A DNA stretch of 62,550 bases from Candidatus Aenigmatarchaeota archaeon (GCA_041489155.1 JBGPQP010000007.1:1-62550), one strand, 5' to 3'; counted from the first letter of the stretch, positions 38,508 to 48,576 are shown. The notes: generated by a model from the sequence alone, not told the origin. Numbers and translations are program-made.

Positions 38508-39698
38508 ATGCTCGAGCTAAAATTAGACGGGAAAAGAGGGATATGGGCCGGAGAGGCAGAGACAGTGGAAAGACTGGCGAACGATTTCTTCGGCGACAGG
38601 GAGAAAGGTGAGCTTGTCCTTCTTCCGGAAGAAGCGCTTTACCTCATGCTTTTCAGGAACGCAGTGGTCCGCGACCAGGAAGGGAAGGAAATGGACTTCA
38701 ATGCCGTTGCAAGCCATTTCATAAAGAAGGAGCCGAGGCTTTTCATCCGCTACAACGCCTATCGCGACTGGAGGGACCGCGGCCTCGTTATCCGGAGATA
38801 CCGGCTCAACATACAGGGCAAGCATTCCAAGAAGACTTACAAGAAATATCCGGCGCAAAAACTTGAGGTCGAAGGCATCAAGGCGAAAGCCTACTGGTAT
38901 CCCGATTCGCTTTTCTCGGTACTGGACAACGAAGACGAGGGCAGGAAACTGTTCGACAAATACTGGCTGGGGCAGTACGGCGTTTACAAGCAGGAAAGGG
39001 GAAGGCAGTCGAAGCTGGACTTCTTCGAGACCATCTTTCTGGCGAAGCATTTCGGCGTCGAGATAATAAACAACGAGACGCGAAAACGGATGACCCATGC
39101 TGAGATAATGAAGGACGTCGTCAGGAAAAGGGAATATGCAAAACAGCTGTACGAGGTTTACGATGACTGGAGGATGAAGGCGTACGTCGTGAAAACCGGC
39201 TTCAAGTTCGGCTCCCATTTCAGGATATATTTCCCGGGCGCGTCGCCCGTGAAGGAGGACGAGTGGATTCATTCCAAGCACGTTTTGCACGTTTTTCCTA
39301 AGGACCAGAAGCTGCTAATTTCCGAGTGGTCCCGCGCAGTGAGGGTGGCGCATGGCGTCAAGAAGACCTTCATTCTTGGCATTCCTGAGATGGAGAAGAA
39401 GGACTACATCGACTTCCCGGTCGACTTCGTCGCGTACAGGAGGAAGAAAGACGGCGGGGTCTGGGCAAGGGAAACGCCGAAAGACAAGCCCAGATACATG
39501 CTGGTGGCGGTCTCGGAGGACGAGCACATCGGCGGCATCGAGCTAGCCTCGCTGCTGAACAAGGCGAAGGAAATGGGCCTGAACCTGCTGCTTTCCATAA
39601 CCGACAGGGAGACCAGCATAACATATTACGAACTGAAAAAGATAATCCTGCCGAAATCGAAATACGAATACTACGAAATAGAATGGTTCAAGCCTTGA
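38508..39698 (+). CDS. endA: tRNA-splicing endonuclease, epsilon2 (ARMAN-type) architecture
   Basis: PEEALYL and YRDWRDRG unit; KTGFKFGSHFRIY, HSKH, RVAHGVKK catalytic unit; loop WLGQYGVYKQERG; about 396 aa. Confidence 0.9.
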   Translation: MLELKLDGKRGIWAGEAETVERLANDFFGDREKGELVLLPEEALYLMLFRNAVVRDQEGKEMDFNAVASHFIKKEPRLFIRYNAYRDWRDRGLVIRRYRLNIQGKHSKKTYKKYPAQKLEVEGIKAKAYWYPDSLFSVLDNEDEGRKLFDKYWLGQYGVYKQERGRQSKLDFFETIFLAKHFGVEIINNETRKRMTHAEIMKDVVRKREYAKQLYEVYDDWRMKAYVVKTGFKFGSHFRIYFPGASPVKEDEWIHSKHVLHVFPKDQKLLISEWSRAVRVAHGVKKTFILGIPEMEKKDYIDFPVDFVAYRRKKDGGVWARETPKDKPRYMLVAVSEDEHIGGIELASLLNKAKEMGLNLLLSITDRETSITYYELKKIILPKSKYEYYEIEWFKP

Positions 39699-39834
39699 AC
39701 TCCGTTTTGGTAAAGGCTGCTTTTACAGGCTGTTGCTTATGTTCCAGTCTACCATTATTTTGGATATCTTCTTCAGGTTGACATTGAAGTCGGTCTTGTA
39801 CCTCCCCGTGAAGCCCACAACGAATCTCATGAAG

Positions 39835-40509
39835 TCAAGAATATTCAACTGATTTTTTCAGGATTTCCTTCATCCCTTTTTCATGGCCCGCGCCAACAAC
39901 GCACACTATTTTGCCGAACCTTTTGCCCAGTTCCTTGAGGTTCTTTGCCATCACCTCGTTCCTCTCGATTACCAGGATTCTGTAAAAATTCGGCAGTTCA
40001 TCCTCAAGGAACTGCATCGCCTCTTCTATGATTTTTTGTTCAGGCACGCGATTTAGGTCGATTTTCTGCTTATGCTTTTCGGCGGAAGGAATGGCCATCC
40101 CTAAAAGCGCAAGCAGCAGGATCCATAGCAGCTTCAGCTTTTCGGACAGGGGAATTGATTGTATCCTGTAAAAAGTGACGTCTATGCGCTGGTCTATGAA
40201 GGCGAAGGGTATGTGCTTCTCCTTCGCAAGCCTGACGGCCTCCATCATTTCGGAGCCCGGAAGTATTCCTGTCTTCTTGCCAAAATACCTCTGGAACTTC
40301 TGGAGCACCCAGAATATAACGAAGGTTGGCAGGCCGAGAATTTTTATGGAGGAAAGCGTTTCCTTCTTCTCGCTTTCCATGGATCGAAATCTCAGCACGT
40401 CAAGCTCAATCGCAATGCAATCAGGCGTTTCTTTTTCGACTGTTTTCCTTACTCTTTCAAGGCTCTCCCGCGCGACGTGCGAGGTGGAAACGAAAATTAT
40501 TTTGGGCAT
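39835..40509 (-). CDS. TraB/PrgY family protein
   Basis: STSHVA, IAIELD, PGSEM, IDQRI, ERNEVM, VVGAGH. Confidence 0.88.
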   Translation of the reverse strand: MPKIIFVSTSHVARESLERVRKTVEKETPDCIAIELDVLRFRSMESEKKETLSSIKILGLPTFVIFWVLQKFQRYFGKKTGILPGSEMMEAVRLAKEKHIPFAFIDQRIDVTFYRIQSIPLSEKLKLLWILLLALLGMAIPSAEKHKQKIDLNRVPEQKIIEEAMQFLEDELPNFYRILVIERNEVMAKNLKELGKRFGKIVCVVGAGHEKGMKEILKKSVEYS

Positions 40510-40540
40510 ATTTATAAAAACAGCTGTTATATAAATAATC

Positions 40541-41116
40541 ATGAAATTTGGCTTGAAGATGGGCCCTGCAAACAATGAAGCTGATTCTCATCATCATACG
40601 TCGCTCACTAGGCCATGCGATTCCGAAATAATAATTTTCAGACAGCATTTGGAAAACGCAGCAAAAGCCAAGAGGGATATGAGAGTTCTGATACTGGGCT
40701 GCAGCCCGGAACTCAGGGAAATCGCAGCAAACACAAAAGCCAAAACAACTGTAATAGCCAATGACCTGGAGGTAATCGAAAGGACGACGAAAATGATGAG
40801 GAAGAGAAACAAGAACGAGGAGTGGCTGGAAGGCGATATAATGAATTTGCCGCTCAAAAAAGCGAGTTTCGACGTGATTTTCAGCGACCACGTGCTTTCT
40901 AACGTTTCGCCGTACAACAAGGAAAGCTTCTACGAGAGGATGAAAGAGGTACTGAAAAGCGACGGTTTTATCGTGATACGTTCCGTAGTTTTCAAGAAAA
41001 CCACCAAGCCGTTTGAAAACAAGATACTGAAATACTTCCAGATAGTCGACAAGAAATTCGGCAAGGAGGGCCTTTTCTCAGAATACTTCCCGATCTATCT
41101 TATGAGGCCCAGATGA
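40541..41116 (+). CDS. Class I SAM-dependent methyltransferase
   Basis: VLILGCSPELR, GDIMNLPL..ASFDVI, VLKSDG. Confidence 0.8.
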   Translation: MKFGLKMGPANNEADSHHHTSLTRPCDSEIIIFRQHLENAAKAKRDMRVLILGCSPELREIAANTKAKTTVIANDLEVIERTTKMMRKRNKNEEWLEGDIMNLPLKKASFDVIFSDHVLSNVSPYNKESFYERMKEVLKSDGFIVIRSVVFKKTTKPFENKILKYFQIVDKKFGKEGLFSEYFPIYLMRPR

Positions 41117-41132
41117 TTTTCTGGAAAAACGT

Positions 41133-41843
41133 TTAGAAAATCAACAACACAAGCACAGCCATGACTATCATGTTGCCGAAGTCGGCGACTGACGTCGTGA
41201 TCGGGATCAGGAAGTTGTTGGGGTCCTCGCCCTTCTTGAAGAAATGAAGACCCGCCACAACCGCTATCAAAAACAGCGTGCCGACAAGCACCAGCACGTC
41301 CAGTATCACTATTGACATTACCTTTACTATCACGGTCACGTCAACAACGTATGCCGAAAACGACGCTATAGCGAGCGCTACGGCAGAGCTGAATACCGCG
41401 GTCAGGAACGATATGAAGATCAGCTGGAGGAAAAGCCTCCTGATTTCCATGTTCTTCCACCACTCCGTCTTTATTATCCCCTCGTACAGCAGTGTCGAGA
41501 ACTTTGAGGAAATGACGGTGCCATAGTTGCCTATCATGTCGTTAAGGACGGGTAGGAGTATGAGCAGCGGTAAGAGCGAAACGAAGAGCGTTTTTATGTT
41601 CTCGAGCGCGAGGCCGCCGAATGAGCTGATGAGCGAAGCAAGCAGGAGGATTCGTATGCTTTCCCTGATTATCGTTTTCGGGACGTTCGAATGCGGGCCG
41701 TATTCTTTTACGTAGAAAAGCGTTTTCTTCGATATGTTGTGCTTCTTGTGTATCGCGTGTATGAGCGGATGGTAGTGCTTCCTCTTGAGCTTTTGCAGCT
41801 TCTTCAGATGTCTGTGCGCCGGATGGTGCTTGGTGCGGCTCAT
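41133..41843 (-). CDS. MgtE/SLC41-type Mg2+ transporter membrane domain with His/Lys-rich N-terminus
   Basis: LPVLNDMIGNYG, DPNNFLIPITTSVADF. Confidence 0.82.
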   Translation of the reverse strand: MSRTKHHPAHRHLKKLQKLKRKHYHPLIHAIHKKHNISKKTLFYVKEYGPHSNVPKTIIRESIRILLLASLISSFGGLALENIKTLFVSLLPLLILLPVLNDMIGNYGTVISSKFSTLLYEGIIKTEWWKNMEIRRLFLQLIFISFLTAVFSSAVALAIASFSAYVVDVTVIVKVMSIVILDVLVLVGTLFLIAVVAGLHFFKKGEDPNNFLIPITTSVADFGNMIVMAVLVLLIF

Positions 41844-42382
41844 ATTATCACCAGGACTATGAACAGCGAAACTATGCTGGTTATGTCGCCGGTTGACGTG
41901 ACGAATGTGCCCATTATGTTATTGGGGTCGTGGCCTTTCCTGAACAGGTACAGGGTCATAAAGAATGTTAGCGGGATTTCGATTGCATTCGCTATTATTC
42001 CTGCAATGACAGGGAAGATGATTATCTTCAGCGTGTATATCCCGAAAATCAGGAAGCTGAAAAGGAATGCTATGACGCCAAGCACGAAAGTCAAGAAAAT
42101 TACCATCAGGAATGATGCTATGAAGTTGCCCCTGGTTATCCGGGTGTTGTACTTGTCCGGCTTAACCACCCCCAAGAAAAGTCCAGAGCTAAGCCTGCAG
42201 GCAAGGGAACCGCTTATATTGCCTCTCATCTCAAGGAAACCGGGAAGCAGGATGAGCATGCCGGGTATCAGCAGCATCTTGTCCATGTATATGGCGAGTA
42301 TTGTACCGGCCACGAGGTCGATGATTACGCAAAGCATCTGGGAGGACAGGATTTCCCTGAAGTCCATGTTGAAGAACTTCAT
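41840..42382 (-). CDS. MgtE/SLC41-type Mg2+ transporter membrane domain
   Basis: PGFLEMRGNISGSL, DPNNIMGTFVTSTGD. Confidence 0.85.
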   Translation of the reverse strand: MKFFNMDFREILSSQMLCVIIDLVAGTILAIYMDKMLLIPGMLILLPGFLEMRGNISGSLACRLSSGLFLGVVKPDKYNTRITRGNFIASFLMVIFLTFVLGVIAFLFSFLIFGIYTLKIIIFPVIAGIIANAIEIPLTFFMTLYLFRKGHDPNNIMGTFVTSTGDITSIVSLFIVLVII

Positions 42383-42436
42383 ATTATAATCTTGGGGTAA
42401 TATGGTAATTAAAATTTTTCCACCAAAAAATAATTG

Positions 42437-42694
42437 ATGCCACTGATTCCTCCTCTAGAACCCGGAACGACACTATATAAAATAGTGGACTGTCTTGATA
42501 GCCTTGTGACAGGTATAAATCATAAGTATCCCGCAATCGGAAAGATGCTTGATAATTATCTAAGTTCCTGCAGGTTCGACGGCAACACAGACAGTGTCGA
42601 GCAGTTTCTTCTTGTAGCTACGCTAGGTCTTGGTGCTGCCTTTCTTGTAAGCAAGGCTGTGAACGACGGCAAAAATAAGAAAATACTATTATGA
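42437..42694 (+). CDS. Small hypothetical membrane protein
   Basis: 85-aa ORF with C-terminal hydrophobic segment. Confidence 0.5.
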   Translation: MPLIPPLEPGTTLYKIVDCLDSLVTGINHKYPAIGKMLDNYLSSCRFDGNTDSVEQFLLVATLGLGAAFLVSKAVNDGKNKKILL

Positions 42695-42733
42695 TCGTGA
42701 ACCAATTTATTAGGGCCGCGGGAAATATTAAAT

Positions 42734-44074
42734 ATGGCATTGCTCAAGAGCAGATTCTGCGCCGAGGAAGTGCCTCCTGGAAAGGTCGTGAAAAGGCTGG
42801 CGGACCACATACTTGTCGACGGCTTCCACATAGTGATCGACCTCGAGCGCTCGAAAGGCAGCTACATGGTAGACGCGAGGGACGGGAAGAAATACCTGGA
42901 CATGTACACTTATTTTTCAACGCTTCCTATAGGTCACAACCACCCCAAGATGCACAACAAGGAATTCCTCCGCGAGCTCCAAGCAGCTGCGCTTGAGAAC
43001 CCGGCGAATTCCGACGTATACACTGAATCCTTCGCGAGCTTTGTCGAGGTATTCACCGACTACGCGAAGCCAAAATTCATGAAGCATCTTTTCTTAGTGG
43101 CCGGCGGCGCGCTGGCGGCAGAGAACGCGCTGAAGACGGCGATGGACTGGAAGATCCGCAAAAACCTTGCCCGCGGAGAAAGGAAGGAGCTCGGAACGCA
43201 GGCCATACATTTCAAGGAAGCTTTTCATGGCCGCAGCGGCTACACGCTCTCGCTCACCAACACCTCTGACACCAAGATAAAATATTTCCCGAAGTTCAAG
43301 TGGCCGAGAATTTTGAACCCGAAGCTCAGCTTCCCGATAACAAGCGAAGTGCTGAAGGAGGTCGAGAAAAATGAGCAGACCGCCCTTAATCAGATAAAGG
43401 AAGCGCTCAGGAAAAATCCGAAAGACATCGCCTGCCTCATAATCGAACCGATACAAGGCGAGGGCGGGGACAATCATTTCCGGGCCGAGTTCCTGCAGGC
43501 GCTCGAGGACGTATGCAGGAAGAACGACATAATGTTCATAACCGACGAAATACAGACGGGCATGGGTTCAACAGGTAAGATGTGGGCTTTCGAGCACTTC
43601 GGCATCAAGCCTGATATTATCGCATTCGGCAAGAAGGCACAGATCTGCGGCATAATGGCATCGGATAAGGTCGATGAGATAAAGGACAACGTCTTCCACG
43701 TGTCCAGCAGGATAAACTCCACATGGGGAGGCAACCTAGTAGACATGGTCCGCGGAAAGCGCTACATCGAAATAATCGTTGAAGACAAGCTCGTGCAGAA
43801 CGCCGCGAAGATGGGCGGGTATTTTCTGGGGAGGCTCCACGAGCTTTCAAGCGAGCATGACGAAATGTCCAACATCCGCGGCCGCGGCTGCATGCTGGCA
43901 TTTGAGCTGCCGAACGAAAAGGTGCGCGATCGCTTCAGGGCGAGATGCTGGAAGAACGGCCTTGCCATCCTCGCATCGTGGCCCAGATCAATACGCTTCC
44001 GCCCGCCGCTGACGATTAACACAGAAGAGATAGATGAAGCGATAGAGAAACTCGAAAAGTCGTTCAAAAAATAG
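42734..44074 (+). CDS. lat: L-lysine 6-aminotransferase (class III PLP)
   Basis: GGALAAENALKTAMDWK, FHGRSGY, EPIQGEGGD, DEIQTG, FGKK, SRINSTWGG. Confidence 0.9.
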   Translation: MALLKSRFCAEEVPPGKVVKRLADHILVDGFHIVIDLERSKGSYMVDARDGKKYLDMYTYFSTLPIGHNHPKMHNKEFLRELQAAALENPANSDVYTESFASFVEVFTDYAKPKFMKHLFLVAGGALAAENALKTAMDWKIRKNLARGERKELGTQAIHFKEAFHGRSGYTLSLTNTSDTKIKYFPKFKWPRILNPKLSFPITSEVLKEVEKNEQTALNQIKEALRKNPKDIACLIIEPIQGEGGDNHFRAEFLQALEDVCRKNDIMFITDEIQTGMGSTGKMWAFEHFGIKPDIIAFGKKAQICGIMASDKVDEIKDNVFHVSSRINSTWGGNLVDMVRGKRYIEIIVEDKLVQNAAKMGGYFLGRLHELSSEHDEMSNIRGRGCMLAFELPNEKVRDRFRARCWKNGLAILASWPRSIRFRPPLTINTEEIDEAIEKLEKSFKK

Positions 44075-44090
44075 CTTAAGATCGCGGCAA

Positions 44091-45557
44091 TTACTTCTTT
44101 TCCGTCTTTCTCTTTTTGCTCTTTGCATCTTCCTTTATTTCCTCATAGTCGTCCTCAAACTTCTTGGAAGGCTCTTTTATATGTTCGTCAGTGAATTCGT
44201 CGAGCTTCACGTCCTTGAATTTTTCATGGAATGCCTGTTTGACCTTTTTGGGGCCCTCTTCCTTTTTTTCTTCCTTCCTTTTCTGCCTTTCCTCAAGTCT
44301 CCTCTCGAACCATGAGATGCGCATATCCTGGACTTTCTTCTTGCCCATTATGATGGCAACGATGCTCGAGAAAAGTATGGACAATATTATCACGATGAAG
44401 ATTATGTTCATTATCTGGTTGCCTGTCGCAGCAGCTCCGGCGCCTACAAGGGCTGCGGCGACAAGCGGCGCCAGTGCGGCTTCCGAGTCGCCTTTCGGCG
44501 CGATGAAGCTCATGACTATCATGTCTTTCTTCGTGTATTTGCAGTTGTCCCTTCTGAGCAACGGGATTACAAAAACGGGCCTGACCAAAAATATGATGAG
44601 GAAGAAGGCAAAACCCAGCAACAGCTGGCCGGCGTCGAGCACCAGCATAACCTGCGCGCCGAGGAGCGTGAATATCGATATCCTAAGCATCTCTGAAAAC
44701 TGGTCCTCAAACTGGACTGCCTCTTCCCTGCCCTTCTCAGGGAAGGTTATGTTGCCCGCAACAAGACCGCAGACCGCAACGGCGAGGATGCCGGAACCGC
44801 CGACATTCTCGGCGAGCGCATAAGTTATCAGCGCTATCGCGAAAAGTATGAGCGATGAATATTTGCTCAGCATCCTTTTCATTATCTTGGAGACCGCCAG
44901 GCCAACGACTATGCCTGTTCCAACGCCGGCGACTATCATTAACCAGAGCTGGCCAGCGTACATCAGCGGCTGGAAAAGTGCGCTGGGGTCTATGGTAACC
45001 ATGCCAAGGAAAAGCAGCAGGAATATCGCCGCGAACGGGGAGTTGAATATCGATTCGACGCTTATGACCGTTAGCGATTTCTTGTACTTTGCCAAGGAAT
45101 CCTTGAACGTGAGGACAACGTCGGTTCCGGTGCCGCTTATGGTCGCCCCCAGCAGGAGCGCGTAAATGGGATTCAGGCCGAACATCAGGTGCGCGACAAG
45201 GCCTATGACTACCGTGTTGAACACCACGCCGACCATCGCAAGGTTGATGGAGAGATCCGAGAATTTCTTGAAAACTTTCAGCTGCAGGCTGAACATGGCA
45301 ACGAAAATCATGAGTATGATTGACAGCGTCCTGAGGAAGTTGGGAATCTCGCCCATCGCATTAACGTCGACCAGTGTCAGATGAATGTATTTGGTAACCA
45401 AAGGATTCATGAAAACGGTCGGCCCGAGCAGAAGGCCGAGCAGGAGAAGAAAGAAGGAATCCGGTATGTTCCTTTTTTTCATGACATTCGCGATGAGCAC
45501 GCCGAAACCGAGAAGGAAGGCGAAATATGTGACGGTAAGCGTAATATCAACGGCCAT
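44091..45557 (-). CDS. CPA1/NhaP-type cation:proton antiporter (divergent motifs)
   Basis: About 12 TM; ISGTGTDVV, ESIFNSP, RP, APKG; charged C-tail. Confidence 0.8.
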   Translation of the reverse strand: MAVDITLTVTYFAFLLGFGVLIANVMKKRNIPDSFFLLLLGLLLGPTVFMNPLVTKYIHLTLVDVNAMGEIPNFLRTLSIILMIFVAMFSLQLKVFKKFSDLSINLAMVGVVFNTVVIGLVAHLMFGLNPIYALLLGATISGTGTDVVLTFKDSLAKYKKSLTVISVESIFNSPFAAIFLLLFLGMVTIDPSALFQPLMYAGQLWLMIVAGVGTGIVVGLAVSKIMKRMLSKYSSLILFAIALITYALAENVGGSGILAVAVCGLVAGNITFPEKGREEAVQFEDQFSEMLRISIFTLLGAQVMLVLDAGQLLLGFAFFLIIFLVRPVFVIPLLRRDNCKYTKKDMIVMSFIAPKGDSEAALAPLVAAALVGAGAAATGNQIMNIIFIVIILSILFSSIVAIIMGKKKVQDMRISWFERRLEERQKRKEEKKEEGPKKVKQAFHEKFKDVKLDEFTDEHIKEPSKKFEDDYEEIKEDAKSKKRKTEKK

Positions 45558-45637
45558 GATTATATTTCAGAACATCTAAATAAATCCTTTATCTGCCGCG
45601 CTTTTAGTTTTAAAATACACCATTCCAATTCATTTTC

Positions 45638-46600
45638 ATGCCGCTGAAAATCGACCATAAAACCGAGAAGCAGCTGAGGAAAGCGCATTACGGTGTGTTC
45701 AACCACTCAGCGGTGCAGGTTTGCGCTTGGACGAAAAAAAGCCTGCACAGCGAGGGCGTATGCTACAAACAGCAGTTCTACGGAGTCGATTGTCACCGCT
45801 GCATGGAATTCTCTCCGGCGGCAGCGCTCTGCGAGAACAACTGCATCTTTTGCTGGAGGCCGATGGAATTCATGCGCTTCAGGCGGTTTAAAGCGAAGGA
45901 AGCGGACGAACCCAAGACGATATATGAAAAACTTCTGGCGGAAAGAAAAAAGCTTCTTTCCGGCTTTCCCGGAGACGGTAAGACCAACATGAATAAGTAC
46001 GCGGAGTCGCTGCTGCCGTCGCATTTCGCCATATCGCTGTCAGGCGAGCCGACTTTGTATCCCAAACTCCCGCAACTGGTCAGATTCCTCAAGGCGCTGC
46101 CGCAAACGAAATCGATATTCATCGTCACGAACGGTCAGGAGCCGGAGATGCTTTCGAAACTGGCGCGCTCGCCTCCCACTCAGCTTTACTTATCTGTGAA
46201 CGCGCCGAACCAAGCGCTTTTCAAACGCATAAACTACCCGCTCCACAAGGACGCTTGGTCCCGCTTCGTCCGCTCGCTGGAAATCATGAGCCGCATGAAA
46301 ACGAGGCGCGTCCTTCGCATAACAATGATAAAGGGCATGAACATGGATGACAGGTTCATCGAAGATTACGCAAAAATAATAAGCAAAGCGAAGCCGCATT
46401 TCGTCGAGGTCAAGGCCTACATGTGGATAGGCTTCTCACGGAAGCGATTGAAACAGGAGAACATGCCATTCCACAAGGATATCCGCGCCTTCGCGGAGAA
46501 AATCGCAAAGGCGGCCGACTTTGAGGTAGCCGACGAGAAAGCCGATTCAAGGGTTGTGCTGCTGAAGGCGAAAGGTACTGAAATAAAATCATTTATTTAA
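45638..46600 (+). CDS. taw1: 4-demethylwyosine synthase Tyw1/Taw1 (radical SAM)
   Basis: HSAVQVCAW, CYKQQFYG, CENNCIFCWR, AISLSGEPTLY, VEVKAYM. Confidence 0.93.
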   Translation: MPLKIDHKTEKQLRKAHYGVFNHSAVQVCAWTKKSLHSEGVCYKQQFYGVDCHRCMEFSPAAALCENNCIFCWRPMEFMRFRRFKAKEADEPKTIYEKLLAERKKLLSGFPGDGKTNMNKYAESLLPSHFAISLSGEPTLYPKLPQLVRFLKALPQTKSIFIVTNGQEPEMLSKLARSPPTQLYLSVNAPNQALFKRINYPLHKDAWSRFVRSLEIMSRMKTRRVLRITMIKGMNMDDRFIEDYAKIISKAKPHFVEVKAYMWIGFSRKRLKQENMPFHKDIRAFAEKIAKAADFEVADEKADSRVVLLKAKGTEIKSFI

Positions 46601-46622
46601 GAACATCTGACAATAATGGGTT

Positions 46623-47138
46623 ATGAACAATCTTCTCACCAAAAAGCCGATGACAGGCATCAATTATGCAGGGCTTATTCTCATCGCGCTGGGCATAGCG
46701 CTCTTCGTGATGATGTATAATTTCGCTACAATAACGCTGCAGATAATAGACAGCGAGCATAGCGGTTCCTGCTCGACATATGAAACGTGCCCGCACATAG
46801 CGGTTCTCAACCAGGCGTACATGGGCTACGGACTGGCGGCAATAATTTTCGTGATAGGATTTTTCCTTCTTTTCTACGGCGGCAAACCTGCTGCGAGCGA
46901 GACGGGTGCAGGCGGCAACAAAAAGAAATGGGAAGCAAACATCAGAACGCTTACCGGCGATGAGAAGAAGGTCTACGAGACCATAATGGCCGCGAATGGC
47001 GTGATATTCCAGAGCGACCTCGTGGAAAAGTCAGGCTTCCCGAAAGCAAAGGTGTCTCGCGTACTTGACAGGCTGGAAGCGGGTGGCCTCGCCGAGCGGA
47101 AGCGAAGGGGCATGGCGAATGCGATTGTTTTGAAATAA
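46623..47138 (+). CDS. Membrane-anchored winged-helix transcription regulator
   Basis: Two TM helices flanking a CSTYETCPH loop; C-terminal GVIFQSDLVEKSGFPKAKVSRVLDRLE...ERKRRG. Confidence 0.82.
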   Translation: MNNLLTKKPMTGINYAGLILIALGIALFVMMYNFATITLQIIDSEHSGSCSTYETCPHIAVLNQAYMGYGLAAIIFVIGFFLLFYGGKPAASETGAGGNKKKWEANIRTLTGDEKKVYETIMAANGVIFQSDLVEKSGFPKAKVSRVLDRLEAGGLAERKRRGMANAIVLK

Positions 47139-47179
47139 GAAGTTCAATGTTTTTAAATAAGGTCGTAAAAATCATATAA

Positions 47180-48025
47180 ATGACGTTTGTAAATTCTTTG
47201 CCTTACATCAGCAACCCGATAGAGGAATTCCGCGACTTCAAGTTTGTCAACTGGGAAAGGGGCATATACCCAAAATTCAAAGGCCAGGCCAAAAAAGAGG
47301 AGATAAAGTTCTTCACCGACATTATAGTGAGCCATAGCCTGAGACGTGTTATTGATCTTGGCGTAGGCGGCGGCATAGAATTGAGCAATATCGTGAAAGA
47401 GCTGGAAGGCATTAATTACCGGCTGAAAAACGTAGAGGCAAACGAGGTAGATGAGGATTTCATTGAACAAGCGAGGAAACTGTTCGAAAAAAGCGGGCAA
47501 AAAATAAAAATTCACAAAGCGAACTGGTTCGACCTGCCAAAGGCCGCTCCGGCTTATAAAAAATTTTTCGATTTCGGTTTTCTGACCGGCAATTCACTGA
47601 CTTATATAGGCGGCGGAACGAGAGAATATACAAAAAAGGCCCAGCAGATTGTCGTTAATAAATTTTCGCAGCTGATTAAAAGAGGCGGTTATATCTTGAT
47701 TGATTCGAGGGATTACGATTACATAAAATCCCTCATGAATTTGCCCAAGGAGGATATATTCAAAAATTTCACTTTCGACTTTTCGGTATATTATCACGGA
47801 GATATTTTTCTTTTTCCTGCGTACATTAGCGACACGGTCGTAGTGTTGCATTATTATGACCAAGAAAATAAACTATGGAGCAAGCTTGATCTATATCCGA
47901 TATACCAGAAAGATATGATAGAAATCTTAAGCAAGGATTTTCGCATCAGGCAGATATATTATGACTTTGAAAGGAAGAAAAAGAAAAAGAATCTTTTTAT
48001 TCAATACCTTGTCCAGAAGAAATAG
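47180..48025 (+). CDS. Class I SAM methyltransferase, glycine/sarcosine N-methyltransferase-like
   Basis: VIDLGVGGG, ANW, LTGNSLTY, GGYILIDSRDYD, YYHG. Confidence 0.7.
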   Translation: MTFVNSLPYISNPIEEFRDFKFVNWERGIYPKFKGQAKKEEIKFFTDIIVSHSLRRVIDLGVGGGIELSNIVKELEGINYRLKNVEANEVDEDFIEQARKLFEKSGQKIKIHKANWFDLPKAAPAYKKFFDFGFLTGNSLTYIGGGTREYTKKAQQIVVNKFSQLIKRGGYILIDSRDYDYIKSLMNLPKEDIFKNFTFDFSVYYHGDIFLFPAYISDTVVVLHYYDQENKLWSKLDLYPIYQKDMIEILSKDFRIRQIYYDFERKKKKKNLFIQYLVQKK

Positions 48026-48056
48026 GGTGTCAAATTAAGGTTATTTTCTGAATTGA

Positions 48057-48095
48057 TTTGAAACTACCCCGCAACTGCCCCTGAAACCAGTTTCA
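48057..48095. promoter_or_regulatory. Putative operator: palindrome TGAAAC-CA-GTTTCA with adjacent AACT(A/G)CCCC direct repeats
   Basis: Perfect 6-bp inverted repeat at 48082-48095 upstream of the Cys-rich genes. Confidence 0.45.
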
Positions 48096-48133
48096 CACAA
48101 GCGATTATATGCCGTTTCAGCCAAAAAAGGCGA

Positions 48134-48334
48134 ATGAACTGCATCGTCTGCGGAAAGTCGCTAACCGACTATGCGCTGATAGGCAAGAAGAAGGACATGA
48201 AAGTGACCTTCTGCGCAGAACATCTTCCCGATTGCGCAGCATGCGACTCGTGCGATCTGCGCTGCATAAGCTGCGGGAAGGAAGTTGAACTGCAGGGCTC
48301 AGCAGGCGTAACAGCAAAAGGAGAGATAACATGA
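48134..48334 (+). CDS. Small Cys-rich metal-binding protein
   Basis: CIVC, CAEH, CAACDSC, CISC in 66 aa. Confidence 0.65.
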   Translation: MNCIVCGKSLTDYALIGKKKDMKVTFCAEHLPDCAACDSCDLRCISCGKEVELQGSAGVTAKGEIT

Positions 48335-48576
48335 AAGGAGTAACGAAACTGGCAATGGCTTTCGCCGTGCTTGCCGTCGTGGCAGGGGCGATCTTCGTGG
48401 CCGCGCAACCGATAAAGGCGGATGTCGCCTCACCGACAAACAGCCTTACCGGCGGAACGGTTAACGAAGACGGCGCTTCGGATGCGAGCGGCAGCTGCGG
48501 CGGTGCCGGCGGCTGCAAGGCGACTTGCGGCTGCGGATGCGGCGGAAACCCCAACCTTTGCGGATGCGGCCGATAG
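48331..48576 (+). CDS. Secreted/anchored Cys-Gly-rich peptide
   Basis: Signal-like N-terminus, C-terminal SCGGAGGCKATCGCGCGGNPNLCGCGR; GGAG RBS. Confidence 0.75.
   Translation: MKGVTKLAMAFAVLAVVAGAIFVAAQPIKADVASPTNSLTGGTVNEDGASDASGSCGGAGGCKATCGCGCGGNPNLCGCGR

Noticed and set aside
39723..39830. 35-aa minus-strand ORF MRFVVGFTGRYKTDF... after traB
   Set aside because: Too short and motif-free to support, although it may be real
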